Shown in pieces: positions 1 to 10,582 of a stretch of 64,000 nt of DNA. The position numbers and the translations under genes are program-made. The stretch is from Anaeromyxobacteraceae bacterium (GTDB taxonomy: Bacteria; Myxococcota; Myxococcia; Myxococcales; Anaeromyxobacteraceae), in assembly GCA_047602405.1 (NCBI GenBank), contig JASGHJ010000002.1:2912001-2976000 (forward strand), given 5' to 3'. How positions within the stretch are numbered: position 1 is the stretch's first letter; the number at the start of each line of letters is the position of its first letter. The notes beneath the pieces are model-generated. The model was given only the letters and a program-made list of their open reading frames with translations, ran no database searches and had not been told where the DNA came from.

Positions 1-2568
1 CGAACTCGAGGTCGAGATAGAACTGCACGTTCTTGTTCCCGGGCAGCACGCAGTACGCGTTCAGGAGCGGCTGCATGTCGCCGTGGTACACGTAACGCGC
101 CACGAACTGCGCGACGAGCTGCTCCGCGTTGACGGCGCGGACCAGCGCGTCGTCGTGACCGGCCAGGTGCGGGAGCACGCTCGCCTGGTGCCGGGGCAGC
201 TCCCACTCCGGGACCCTCTCCTCCCGGACCGAGATGTCCTCGAAGTACTGGCGGTCGTCCGTGTTGACGCGCTTCTCCTCGCCGATGAGGCGCGCCATGG
301 CCGGCTCGTCGAGCCAGAAGAAGCCGGCCACGCGCGCCACGGTGTCGAGCTGGAACTGCTGGGCCTCGAACCACGGGGGCAGCCGGTCGAGCTTCGCCTG
401 CAGCGTCCCGGCGTCGACGCCGAAGGGCTCGGGCGTGCCGAGCAGGAAGGCCTGGTCGGAGCCGTACACGTGCCAGAGGGTCGCCGTGGGGAAGACGCTG
501 CGGAAGGTGTTGAGGAGGATCCTCAGCCGGGCGCCGCGCATGGTGCGATCCACCGGGAACCACTGCGCGAAGACACCCCCGGGGCGCAGGCGCGCCTTCA
601 CCGAGCGGTAGAACTCCTGCGTGTACAGGATCCAGCTGTCGTAGGCGCGCGGGTGCGTCGAGTCGGAGACGATGACGTCGTACGGCTTGCCGCTCGTGAC
701 GAGGTAGTTGCGGCCGTCGTCGGCGTGGAACCGGAACCGGGGCTGGTGGAAGACGTCGCCGTTCACCTCGGTGAACAGGTCGTTGATGCCCCGGACGTCG
801 GGGTTCAGGTCCACGACGTCGAGCGACGCCACCTCTTCCGAGGCCAGCACCGAGCCGGCCGTGATCCCCGCCCCGAACGCGATCACCAGCGCGTCCTTGG
901 GCGTCGTCGACCCGTGCACCATCACCGGCAGGGCGCCGAGCAGCTTGAAGAGCTGGACGTGGAAGAAGCGCGTCGAGGCCTCCTCCACACCGTTGAGGTA
1001 CATGTCGCGGTAGGCGCCGATGCGCTCGTCCTCGTGCTCGATGACGGTCACGTTGGCCGCGCGCCCCTCCAGGGCCAGCCGGACCTCCACCCCGGCCCAT
1101 GCCCGGCCGGTGCGCCACCTTGTTCGCGTAGAGCCCGGTGATGCTCGGCATGAGCACCGTCAGGAGGACGAGCGTCGCCGCCACGACCGCGCCCGCGGTC
1201 GCCCAGCGCGGCGCGCTCCTGCCCGGCGCGAGCAGGTTGATCATCGCCAACGCGACGCAGATCGACGCCAGCCCGACCAGCACGCCGTGCGCGCCGATGA
1301 CGGGCACGAGGAAGTGGTTCACGAGCCCCGCGCCGAGGACGCCCCCGGCGGTGTTGAGCGCGTAGAGCGTCGCCGCGTCGCGGGTGGCCGTGCCGCGGTT
1401 CCGGGGATCCAGCATCCGCACCGCGATCGGCAGGAGCGCGCCGAGCGCGACCGTGGGCGCCGAGATGACGGCGAGCACGAGGAGCCGGTTCTGCGTCGGC
1501 TCGTAGGCGGTGCTGGAACCCGCCGAACGAGAGGATGACGTACGGCGCCGCCAGGAGGAGCGCCGCCGCGGCGAGCGAGAACACGCCGAAGAGGCGCTCG
1601 CCGGAGCGCGTGCGGCGGGCGAGGAGGTCGTGGAGCCACGTCCCGAGCACGGCGCTGATCCCGGTGCCGATCAGGAACCCCGTCAGGACGAACGCGAAGA
1701 CGGATCCCCTGTTTCCGATGAAGAGGATCACGAGCCGCGTCAGGAGCACCTCGTAGGCGAGCGCGACGAAGCCGACGCCGAACGTCGCGACGAGGAGGAA
1801 CCGGCGCAGGCCCGGGCGGACGGCGGCTGCCTCCGCGGGCGACCCCTCGACTGCAGCTTCCGCCGGCGCCCGGTCGAGGAGCCTCGCCGCGAGGGCGAGG
1901 CCGGCCGCGACGACGTTGAGGATGCAGGCGCCGACGAGCGTCGCGTGGACACCGTGCTCGAAGATGAGCCGGTGGCCCGCGAGGTAGCAGCCGACGGCCG
2001 CGCCGAGCGTGTTGACGCTGTACAGGAGCCCGATGCGCGTCGTCCGCCCGGATGCGCTGGCGGCGCCCGAGACCATGGCCGGGAACGTCGCGCCCATGAG
2101 CAGCGCCGGGACGAGGAGGGCGGCCATCGTCACCACGACGCGCACCGCCGTGAGCAGCGTTCGCGCGGGCACGCTGCCCGCCAGGCCGGAGAAGGCTGCG
2201 GCGAGCGCCTCGAACAGCGACGGAGACGCCAGGATGTAGGCGCCGATGGCGAGCTCGAGGGCGAGGTAGAACCCGAGCGACGCGCGACGCCGGGCGAGGA
2301 GCTTTCCGGCGACGTAGCTGCCGAGGCCCAGGCCGCCCATGAAGACGGCCGTGATCATCGCGGTCGCGCTGAGGGAGTTGCCGACCACCACGATCAGCAT
2401 CCGGTTCCACGTCACCTCGGCGAAGAGGCTGCTCGCGCCCGACGCGAAGAAGGCGCAGTAGACGAGGACCGAGAAGAGGGTCGATCGATCCGGGGTACGG
2501 GGCACGGGAACTCCCTTCGTTTCGGCCCCACGTCGCATCGAGCCGACGCCGCATTGACGCCCATTCAC
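1..2568 (-). CDS. Fused MFS-like membrane domain / spermidine synthase-like SAM-dependent transferase; 3' end runs off the window; two apparent frameshifts (~1515, ~1095)
   Basis: N-terminal TM segments (FFASGASSLFAEVTWNRML, LYSVNTLGAAVG). The downstream frame reads ALVIAFGAGITAG, DVVDLNPDV, DDGRNYL, YDVIVSD, LYTQEFY, typical of this fusion family. The true start may be slightly internal (~2504). Confidence 0.8.
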
Positions 2569-2663
2569 TGAGGCATGTCGTGACGTCGGTCAACTGCGGG
2601 CCCCGGTTCGCCCCGGGAGAAGGCGGGAGGCACGCACCCAGAGTCATCGGCGCGCAGGGGCAC

Positions 2664-3218
2664 TCACGGCAGCCGCCGGAGGACGCGACACGGGTTCCCC
2701 GCGGCCACGCAGCGGGCGGGGACGTCGCGGGTCACCACGCTCCCGGCGCCGACGGTCGCGCCCTCGCCGACGGTCACGCCGGGCAGGATCACCGCCGCCC
2801 CGCCGATCCAGGCCTTCGCCCCGATCCGGACCGGTCGGGCGAGCTCCGGGCCCTTCACCCGCTCGTCCGGGTCGACCGGGTGGGTGGCCGTGTAGATCTG
2901 CACCGCGGGCCCGAGGAACGCGTCGTCGCCGATGTCGATGCGCGCGCAGTCGAGGAGCACGCAGCCGGTGTTGAGGTACGCCCGCGCGCCGAGGTGCACC
3001 TGGGCGCCGTAGTCCACGAACAGCGGCGGCTCGATCCACGCGCCCGCACCGACCGCGCCGAGGAGGCCGCGCAGGATGGAGAGGCGGCCCTCGACGTCCT
3101 CGGGGTCCGTGTCGGCGAGCTGCCTCGCGAGCCTGCGGGCCCTCACCCGCGCCGCGACGAGCTCGGGATCGCTCGCCAGGTAGAGCTGCCCCGAGAGCAT
3201 CTTCTCGCGTTCGGTCAT
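2664..3218 (-). CDS. maa: Sugar (maltose/galactoside) O-acetyltransferase, hexapeptide-repeat family
   Basis: MTEREKMLSGQLY N-terminus, DYG, YTATHP, hexapeptide repeats and VAAGNPCRV C-terminus. Confidence 0.9.
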   Translation of the reverse strand: MTEREKMLSGQLYLASDPELVAARVRARRLARQLADTDPEDVEGRLSILRGLLGAVGAGAWIEPPLFVDYGAQVHLGARAYLNTGCVLLDCARIDIGDDAFLGPAVQIYTATHPVDPDERVKGPELARPVRIGAKAWIGGAAVILPGVTVGEGATVGAGSVVTRDVPARCVAAGNPCRVLRRLP

Positions 3219-3349
3219 CGCGTCCTCGCCCCGGACTTAGCCGGGGGCCGGGCGGCGCGCACCCCGCCCGCGCCGCCGCGGCTCGACCCGGGGTGCGGCG
3301 ACACGACGGCCTGAAGCGGGCCGCGCGGGCCGGGTGGTAGAGAGAGCGC

Positions 3350-5361
3350 GTGCGCACCCCGAGCCCCGGCGTCCTGAAGCTCTCGATCGCAGCCGCCCTC
3401 GCCCTCGCGTTCGCGGTCCAGGTCGCCGCGTCCGTGTCGCGCGACTCCGCGACCTGGGACGAGGGCAACCACCTCTACTCCGGCCTGCGCATCTGGACCC
3501 GCGGCGACTTCGGCCTCAACCCCGAGCACCCGCCCCTCGTGAAGCTCGTCGCGACGGCGCCGCTCCTCTCGCTCGGGCTCAGGATCGAGGAGCCGCGCGA
3601 CCTCGAGTTCGTGAAGGCCGCCTTCCTCGGCGGCCGCGCGCTCCTCCTCGAGAACGACCCCGCGGCGATCCTGCTCCGCGCCCGCCTCGCGGTGGCGATC
3701 TTCGCCGCCCTGCTCGCCGCCTTCGCGTTCCTGCTCGCGCGGACGCTCCTCGGGACCTGGGCCGGCCTCGCCGCGCTCGCGGTCCTCGCGTTCGAGCCGA
3801 ACGTGCTCGGGCACTCGGGCCGGGCGACGAGCGACGTCGCGGTCTCGGCGTTCCTCCTGGGCACGATCTGGGCGTTCCTGCGGTACCTCGCGGCGCCCGG
3901 CGTGGCCCGCCTGGCCGTCGCCGGCGTCCTCGCGGGGCTCGCGCTCGCGACGAAGCACACGGCCGTGCTGCTGTTCCCGATGCTCGCGCTCCTCGCCGCG
4001 GGCGAGCTCCTGCCTGGCCCGGGTGCGGCCGGCCCAGGCACGGCCGGCGCCGAGCCGCCGCGGCGCCGCGCGGCCCGGCTCGCCGGCGCGCTCGTCGCGA
4101 TCGGGCTCCTCGCCGTCGCGATCCTCTGGGCCTCCTACGGGTTCCGCTACGCGGCGCGGCCGGCCGGCCTCGCCATGAACCCGCCGCTCGCCGAGTACGT
4201 GAAGCCGCTCGGCGCGCTCGACCGCGCGGTGCTCGGCGCGTTCGCGTCCTCGAGGCTCCTGCCCGAGGCCTGGCTGCAGGGCTCGCCGCGGCGCGGCTCA
4301 ACGCGGAGGGCTACCACAGCTTCGCGCTCGGCGAGATCTACCCGACCCGCGTCTGGTTCTACTTCCCGCTCGCGCTCACCGTGAAGGCGACACTGGGCCT
4401 CCTCGCGCTCGCGGCCGTCTCCGCCTGGGCGCTCGCCACCGGGCGGCTCGGGGGACGGCGCGCGGTGCTCGCCCTCACCGTCCCGCCCGCGGTGTACCTC
4501 GCGGTCGCGATGGCCTCCGGGATGAACATCGGCATCCGGCACCTCCTGCCGGTCATCGCCTGGCTCGCCGTGCTCGGCGGGGCCGGCGCCGTGGCGCTCG
4601 CGCGCACCGGCCGGCGCGGAGCGCTCGTCGCGGCGGCGCTGCTGGCGCTCCACGCGGGCTCCACGGCCGCCGCCTTCCCCGAGTACGTGTCGTACGCCAA
4701 CGAGGCCTGGGGCGGCTCCGCGCGCAGCCACCTCCTCCTCACCGACTCGAGCGTGGACTGGGGAGAGCAGCTCCTGTCGGTGAAGCGCTGGTGCGTGGCC
4801 CACGGGATCACCGACGGCTGGTTCGCCTACTTCGGCCAGGGCGTCCTCGAGCCCTCGGGATACGGCCTCCCGCTCCGGCCACTGCCCACCGCCGACTCGC
4901 TCTGGATCGGCGAGCCCATCCAGGTGCCGCCCGTGATCGAGGGAACCGTGCTCGTGAGCGCAGGGGTGCTGTCCGGCTTCGAGTTCGGGCCGGGGCCGCT
5001 CGACCCCTACGCCGAGTTCCGCACGCTCCCGCCGGTGGACGTCATCGACCATGCGGTCTTCGTCTACCGCGGCCGCTTCGAGCTCCCGCTCGCCTCCGCG
5101 CTCGGGCGCGCACAGCAGGCCGTGGCCCTCGCCGGCGAGCACCGCGCCCGGGAGGCGCTCGCCGAGGCCGAGGAGGCCGTCCGCCTGGCCCCGCGCGCCG
5201 TCGCCGCGTGGTCGTCGCTCGGGGACGCGCTCGCGGAGGACGGTCGGCGGGACGAGGCCCGCGACGCGCACCGGCGTGCGCTCTCCCTGGCGCGCGAGGT
5301 GGAGCCCCGCTTCCAGGCGGGCTGGGTGACGGAGCTCGAGGGGAAGCTCGCGAAGCCCTGA
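3350..5361 (+). CDS. ArnT/PMT-like (GT39/GT83) integral-membrane glycosyltransferase with C-terminal TPR; frameshift ~4280
   Basis: TWDEGNH and EHPPLVK motifs, many TM helices, then GIRHLLP, DSSVDWG and a TPR-like tail. One G is missing at CAGGG(G)CTC. Confidence 0.8.
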
Positions 5362-5389
5362 GGCGGCGCCGCCTCGGGGCCTCGCGGGG

Positions 5390-5756
5390 CTACGCCCCGA
5401 CCGCGCGCCGGACCAGCGCGACGACCGCCGCCGGGTCGAGCGGCTTCTTCAGGATCTCGTCGGCGCCCATCCGCCGGTACGTCTCGAATCTCGCGGTCCT
5501 GGATGCGGGACGACATGAGCACGAGGAAGGTCTTCTTCCAGTGCGGGTGGGTCTTCACGAGCCGGCAGACGTCGGCGCCGTTCAGCTTCGGCATGTAGAT
5601 GTCGACGAGCAGCGCGTCGGGCCCCGTCTCGGCGAGCTTCTTGAACACCGCCTCGCCGTCCATCGCGGAGACGACCTCGAAGCCCGCGTCCTCGAGCGCG
5701 CCGGAGAGCGCGTCGATGACCGCCTGGGAGTCGTCGACCACGAGGACCTTCTTCAT
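5390..5756 (-). CDS. Single-domain response regulator (CheY-like receiver); frameshift ~5487
   Basis: KKVLVVDDS, PDALLVDIYMPKLNG; after removing one base it continues GADEILKKP...VGA-stop. Confidence 0.85.
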
Positions 5757-5781
5757 CCGAGGGTTTATACTGCACGTCGCC

Positions 5782-6594
5782 ATGGATCGCGACCCCGCGG
5801 TCGCCGGCCGGTTCTACGGCGCGGACCCCGCCTCGCTCGCAAGCGAGGTCGACGGTTGGCTCGTGTCCCCCGCCCCGCCCGCGCCCGCGCTCGGCCTCCT
5901 CGCACCCCACGCGGGCTACGTCTACTCCGGCGCCATCGCCGGCGCCGGCTACGCCCGGGTGGCGGTCCCCGCGCGCGTGATCGTCCTCGGCCCGAACCAC
6001 ACCGGGCTCGGCGAGCCCGCCGCGCTCTGGCCGGACGGCGCCTGGCATACGCCGCTCGGCGACGTGCCCGTCGACGCGGAGCTCACCGCGGCGCTCCTCG
6101 CGCCCGCCGGCCCCGGCGCGGAGCCCGCGGCGGCCCCGGACGTCGCCGCCCACCGCCTGGAGCACTCGCTCGAGGTGCAGGTGCCCTTCCTGCAGCGCGC
6201 CCACCCGGGCGTGCGCATCGCGGGGCTGTGCCTCTCGCACCTGTCCTTCCACGCGTGCGAGGCGGTGGCCCGGGCGGTCGCCGCCGCGAGCGCGGCCACC
6301 GGGGCGCTCGTCGTCGCGTCCTCCGACATGAGCCACTACGTGAGCGCGCGCGAGGCGCGGACCCTCGACCACCACGCCCTCGAGCGGCTCCTCGCGCTCG
6401 ATCCGCGCGGGCTCTACGACGTCGTGCACCGGGAGGGCATCACGATGTGCGGCGTCGTCCCCGCGACCGTGATGCTGCTCGCCGCCCTCGCCCGCGGCGC
6501 GCGCGAGGCGGAGCTCGTCCGGTACGGGAACTCCGGCGAGGTGAACGGCGACGATCGCCGGGTGGTCGGCTACGCGGCGGCGGTGGTGCGCTGA
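5782..6594 (+). CDS. amrB: MEMO1-family protein (AmmeMemoRadiSam system protein B)
   Basis: PAVAGRFY, PHAGYVYSG, GPNH, EHSLEVQVPFLQ, SSDMSHY, TMCG, VVGYAA motifs. Confidence 0.9.
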   Translation: MDRDPAVAGRFYGADPASLASEVDGWLVSPAPPAPALGLLAPHAGYVYSGAIAGAGYARVAVPARVIVLGPNHTGLGEPAALWPDGAWHTPLGDVPVDAELTAALLAPAGPGAEPAAAPDVAAHRLEHSLEVQVPFLQRAHPGVRIAGLCLSHLSFHACEAVARAVAAASAATGALVVASSDMSHYVSAREARTLDHHALERLLALDPRGLYDVVHREGITMCGVVPATVMLLAALARGAREAELVRYGNSGEVNGDDRRVVGYAAAVVR

Positions 6595-6648
6595 ACGGCA
6601 CCGCCGCGGCGCGCTCGAGCGCCGCGGCGGCGGAAGACGGTGCGAGGC

Positions 6649-7245
6649 CTACTGCGCGAGCCCGATCTGCTTCATGAACTCGCCGTTGTCCCAGAACAGG
6701 AACTCCTCGAACATGATCCCGTCCTTGTTCCAGTGGCCGATCGTGGCCATCGGGATGCGGTAGGCCTTCCCGGTGGGCTGGATGAACTTGCCGTCGCCGA
6801 TGGCCATGGGCTTCGTGAAGGTGCCCTCGAGCCAGCCGGTCACGGCGGTCCACTCGCCGTCCGCGGTGCCGAAGCGCACCGGGTGCTCCTCGATCCGGTT
6901 GTCGGGGGCGAAGGTCCACATGACCTTCAGGTCCTCGATGTGCTTCTCGATGCCCTGGGTGGTGTGACCGTCCGGCCAGTGCACGACGACGTCCTTCGTG
7001 TGGCTCCGGTGGAGATCCTGCCACTGCTGGCCGGTGTAGACGCGGAAGTCGAGGTCGTCGAAGTTCGCGAGGTTGCGCGCGAGCTCGGCGGGGACGCCCT
7101 TCGCCTTCGGGGCGGGCTCCCCGACCTTCGTGCCCGGCCACCGGGGTGAGGCCTTCTCGTCGGCGTGGGCGGGGACGGCGCCGAGCAGGGCGCCGCCGAG
7201 GACGGCGGTGAGAGCGAGCGAGGTGATGCGGTTCGTGTGGGTCAT
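6649..7245 (-). CDS. Secreted SnoaL-like ester/polyketide cyclase (NTF2 fold)
   Basis: Signal peptide ending AHA; FDDLDF...SHTKDVVVHWPDG...GTFTKPM...PTGK...EEFLFWDN. Confidence 0.8.
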   Translation of the reverse strand: MTHTNRITSLALTAVLGGALLGAVPAHADEKASPRWPGTKVGEPAPKAKGVPAELARNLANFDDLDFRVYTGQQWQDLHRSHTKDVVVHWPDGHTTQGIEKHIEDLKVMWTFAPDNRIEEHPVRFGTADGEWTAVTGWLEGTFTKPMAIGDGKFIQPTGKAYRIPMATIGHWNKDGIMFEEFLFWDNGEFMKQIGLAQ

Positions 7246-7311
7246 GGCTTCGTTCCTTTCGTTCGCTCGATATGCGCCCGTCCCGCATCCGGTTCAATGC
7301 GTTGACGAGCA

Positions 7312-7330
7312 CATGTCCGTTGCGAACATG
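7312..7330. promoter_or_regulatory. Inverted-repeat operator upstream of the cyclase gene (possible LysR-type T-N11-A box)
   Basis: CATGT-ccgttgcga-ACATG in an AT-richer intergenic patch about 70 bp upstream of the 7245 start. Confidence 0.35.
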
Positions 7331-7439
7331 GAACACACCTCCATCCGTCCGGGATCCGCTCCGCGCACGCGGGCGCACAGCCACCCCCGCGAACGCTCGC
7401 CCAGGTTCGGCATTCACCGAGGGTCGGAGCCTGCCGCGC

Positions 7440-7645
7440 GGCGGCCACCGCCTGCGTCGCCGCGGCCGACCTCTCCACCTCGGCCGCGTGCACCGCGGGG
7501 CTCGAACGTGCCGCCGAGCTCGGGCCAGGTGTTCGGCGAGAGCGCCTACCCCGCGGGCGGCCCGACGGTCTTCCTCGACGGTACGGCCACCGACGACCTC
7601 GCCTTCGGGCCGTCGGCGCCGGTCGCCGGCGTCGTGATCTTCTAG
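7440..7645 (+). pseudogene. Start-less coding remnant (3' end of a lost gene)
   Basis: Host-like codon usage reading ...AATACVAAADLSTSAACTA/GSNVPPSSGQVFGESAYPAGGPTVFLDGTATDDLAFGPSAPVAGVVIF-stop, with one frameshift and no plausible start. Confidence 0.35.
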
Positions 7646-8583
7646 CGCCGGCGGAGCCTGATCAAACCGAGCCCGGCGAGGAGCGCGAGCACGCCCTCCC
7701 CACCGGTGCCGCAGCCGCCCTTCTTCTTCGGCGCGGTCACGCAGGTGAGCGTCCCGCCCGCCTTCGGGTACACGGCGCAGACGCCGTCGACGTCGCCCTG
7801 GGCGAGGGAGCGCTTCGAGACCTCGCCGACGGAGGCCGTCGCGGCCATGGTGAGGTCCGAGTACGGCGTGTGCGCGAAGCCGATGAAGTGCCCGGCCTCG
7901 TGCGTCGCCGTGTTCTGGAGATCCATGTAGTAGCAGCCGGCCTCGCCGTAGCTGGTGCAGGCGTGGTCGCCCGCGCCGGGCACGGAGCAGGTGAAGTACC
8001 AGCCCTGGGCGCGGGTCGTCCCCATCGCCGTGCCCGACGAGGCCCCGGTCCAGTCGATGAACTCCATGTCGGCGTCGACGATCTCGCCGGTGGAGGGCGC
8101 GTAGGTCGTCGTGGTGAGCGCGATGATGTTCGTGCCGCCGAGGTTGCCGGTGTTCTCGAAGCAGTTGTACGTGTCGCCGCAGCGGATGGAGGGGTCCGTG
8201 AAGCACGGGTCCTTGGAGGCGACGGCGTCGTTCGAGCACCAGCCCTTCCGGAACACCACCAGGTTCTCGTTCGCGCCCTTCGAGTCGTACCCGAGCTTGA
8301 TCGACGTCGTGTCGGCGCCGCGCACGAGCGCGAGGTCGGTGCAGGTCTGCTGCGCGCCGGTCCAGGCGGCGAAGCCCGCCTCGACGGCCTTCGCCGCCGC
8401 GGAGTCGGTCGTGGAGAGCGGGCCGCAGGAGGCCGAGGTGGCCGTGCGCGCCGGGTTGACGTGGTAGGTGATCGAGCGCGGCTTCCAGTACAGGCACGCC
8501 TTCGTGTCCGGATCGGCGGACCGCACGTACTGCGGCCCCGTCTGCCCGGCGACGAGCGCGGCCACGGCGAGCGCGGCGATCAC
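7642..8583 (-). CDS. Matrixin/M10-like zinc metalloprotease with MYXO-CTERM sorting signal (myxosortase-dependent)
   Basis: HEAGHFIGFAH zinc motif, Met-turn (LTM), Cys-rich body, tail KKKGGCGTGG-hydrophobic-RLRRR. GTG start overlaps the upstream TGA. Confidence 0.85.
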   Translation of the reverse strand: MIAALAVAALVAGQTGPQYVRSADPDTKACLYWKPRSITYHVNPARTATSASCGPLSTTDSAAAKAVEAGFAAWTGAQQTCTDLALVRGADTTSIKLGYDSKGANENLVVFRKGWCSNDAVASKDPCFTDPSIRCGDTYNCFENTGNLGGTNIIALTTTTYAPSTGEIVDADMEFIDWTGASSGTAMGTTRAQGWYFTCSVPGAGDHACTSYGEAGCYYMDLQNTATHEAGHFIGFAHTPYSDLTMAATASVGEVSKRSLAQGDVDGVCAVYPKAGGTLTCVTAPKKKGGCGTGGEGVLALLAGLGLIRLRRR

Positions 8584-9119
8584 CGCGACACCTCCGCGTC
8601 GCCCACGCGCCGCGCGAGCTCGGCGAGCCGCATCGGCCCGACCGCCCGCTCGCCCGCCTTCAAGGTGCTCCCCTGGAAGTGGATGCCCTCGAGCGCGGGC
8701 ACCGCCTCGCCGCCCTCCACCTGGAACTTCCCGAGCGCGAGCCCGTTCAGCTCGAAGAAGTCGCCGCGCCGGGAGAGGAACACGACCACGTCCTCGCCGT
8801 CCTCGAACGGCGGCGCGGCGTCCACCCGCTGGGCGAGGTCGCCGACCTGGCCGCCCGGGACGATGATCCGCACCCGCGCCCCCGGCGCACCCTTCCAGGC
8901 CTCCGCCACCTCGACGACGACCTCGGTCAGGATGGTCCGGTGGTCGCGCGTGAAGAAGCTCGAGCGCGAGACCACGCGGCCCCGGACCACGGCGTCGGAG
9001 GCGCGCGCGACGGTCTCCACGCTCGTCTCGAGGAAGACCGCCGCGGAGGTCCGCGAGGGCGCTGCCCAGCCTGCGATCGCGAGCGCCAGGAGGGCCGCCG
9101 GGAGGAGCCTCATGAGCAT
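8580..9119 (-). CDS. Secreted hypothetical protein translationally coupled to the metalloprotease
   Basis: Signal peptide; ASDAVVRGRV...PGGQVG...GEDVVVFL; GTGA overlap with the next gene. Confidence 0.7.
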   Translation of the reverse strand: MLMRLLPAALLALAIAGWAAPSRTSAAVFLETSVETVARASDAVVRGRVVSRSSFFTRDHRTILTEVVVEVAEAWKGAPGARVRIIVPGGQVGDLAQRVDAAPPFEDGEDVVVFLSRRGDFFELNGLALGKFQVEGGEAVPALEGIHFQGSTLKAGERAVGPMRLAELARRVGDAEVSR

Positions 9120-9153
9120 CTTTCGAGTCTACCTGTGCTAGCTTGCGCCCGCC

Positions 9154-10576
9154 ATGGAACCGAAACCCCGCGTCCGTTTCGCACCTTCCCCCACCGGTTA
9201 CCTTCACATCGGGGGCGCCCGCACCGCGACTCTTCAACTGGCTCCACGCGCGGCGGCACGGGGGCACGTTCGTCCTGCGCATCGAGGACACGGATCGGGA
9301 GCGGTCGACCGACGCGGCCACCGCCGCGATCTTCGACGCGATGAAGTGGCTCGACCTCTCCTGGGACGAGGGCCCGGTGGTCGGCGGCCCGAACCCGCCC
9401 TACTTCCAGACCCAGCGCGGGGAGATCTACCGCGAGCACGCCATGAAGCTCGTGCGCGAGCGGAAGGCGTACGCCTGCACCTGCACGAAGGAGGAGCTCG
9501 ACGTCCTCCGCAAGCAGGCCGAGGCCGAGAAGCGCCAGTTCAAGTACCCGGGCACCTGCCGGGACAGGCCGTACGACGCCTCGAAGCCGCACGTCATCCG
9601 CTTCCGGATCCCGGACGGCCGCTCCGAGACGAGCTGGGACGACCTCGTGAAGGGCGTGATCTCGACGCCGCACGACACGCTGCAGGACGAGGTCATCCTC
9701 CGCTACGACGGGATGCCGCTCTACAACTTCGGCGCGGTCGTCGACGACGTCACCATGAACATCACGCTCGTCGCCCGCGGCGACGACCACGTGAACAACA
9801 CCGCCCGGCAGATCCTCATGTACGAGGCGCTCGGCTTCCCGGTGCCGAGGTTCGCCCACCTGCCGATGATCCTCGGCGCCGACAAGGCCCGCCTCTCGAA
9901 GCGCCACGGCGCGACCTCGGTCACGCAGTACCGCGACATGGGCTACCTGCCCGAGGCGGTCGTGAACTACCTCGCCCGGCTCGGCTGGTCGCACGGGGAC
10001 CAGGAGCTCTTCACCCGAGACGAGCTCGTCGCGGCGTTCGACTTCAAGGACGTCGGCGCGACCGCCGGCGTGTTCAACCCGGACAAGATGGCCTGGGTGA
10101 ACCACGAGTGGCTGAAGAAGCTCTCGACCGAGGAGCTCGCGAAGAAGGCGCTGCCCTACTTCGTCGCGGCGGGCCTCCCCGCGGCCGACGACGCGAAGCT
10201 GCGGCACGTGTGCGAGGTCGCGAAGGAGCGCGCCCGCACCTTCGGCGAGTACGTCCAGCAGTTCCGCTACTTCTACGCCCCAATCCAGCTCGACCCCAAG
10301 GCGAAGGAGAAGCAGCTCACGAAGGACACCCAGCCGATCCTGAAGGCCATCCGGGACGGGATCGCGGCGCTGCCCTCGCTCGAGACCGCGGGGCTCGAGG
10401 AGCTCTTCCAGGACGCGGCCGCGGCGCGGGGGCTCGGCCTCGGCAAGATCGCCCAGCCGGTGCGCGTGGCGCTCACCGGCGGCACGGCGTCGCCGGGCAT
10501 GTACGACGTGGTCCAGATCCTCGGCCGCGACGAGACGCTGAAGCGGCTCGACGACGCGATCGCGCTGATCGGCTGA
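9154..10576 (+). CDS. gltX: Glutamate--tRNA ligase; apparent frameshift ~9229
   Basis: RFAPSPTGYLHIGGARTA/LFNW, RIEDTD, RLSKRHG (KMSKS-type), anticodon-binding tail PVRVALTG. Confidence 0.97.
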
Positions 10577-10582
10577 CCGGAT

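Noticed and set aside
9154..9240. Programmed frameshift or pseudogenisation of gltX and other split genes
   Set aside because: No slippery sites, gltX is essential, and similar single-base indels are scattered across unrelated genes with no other decay.
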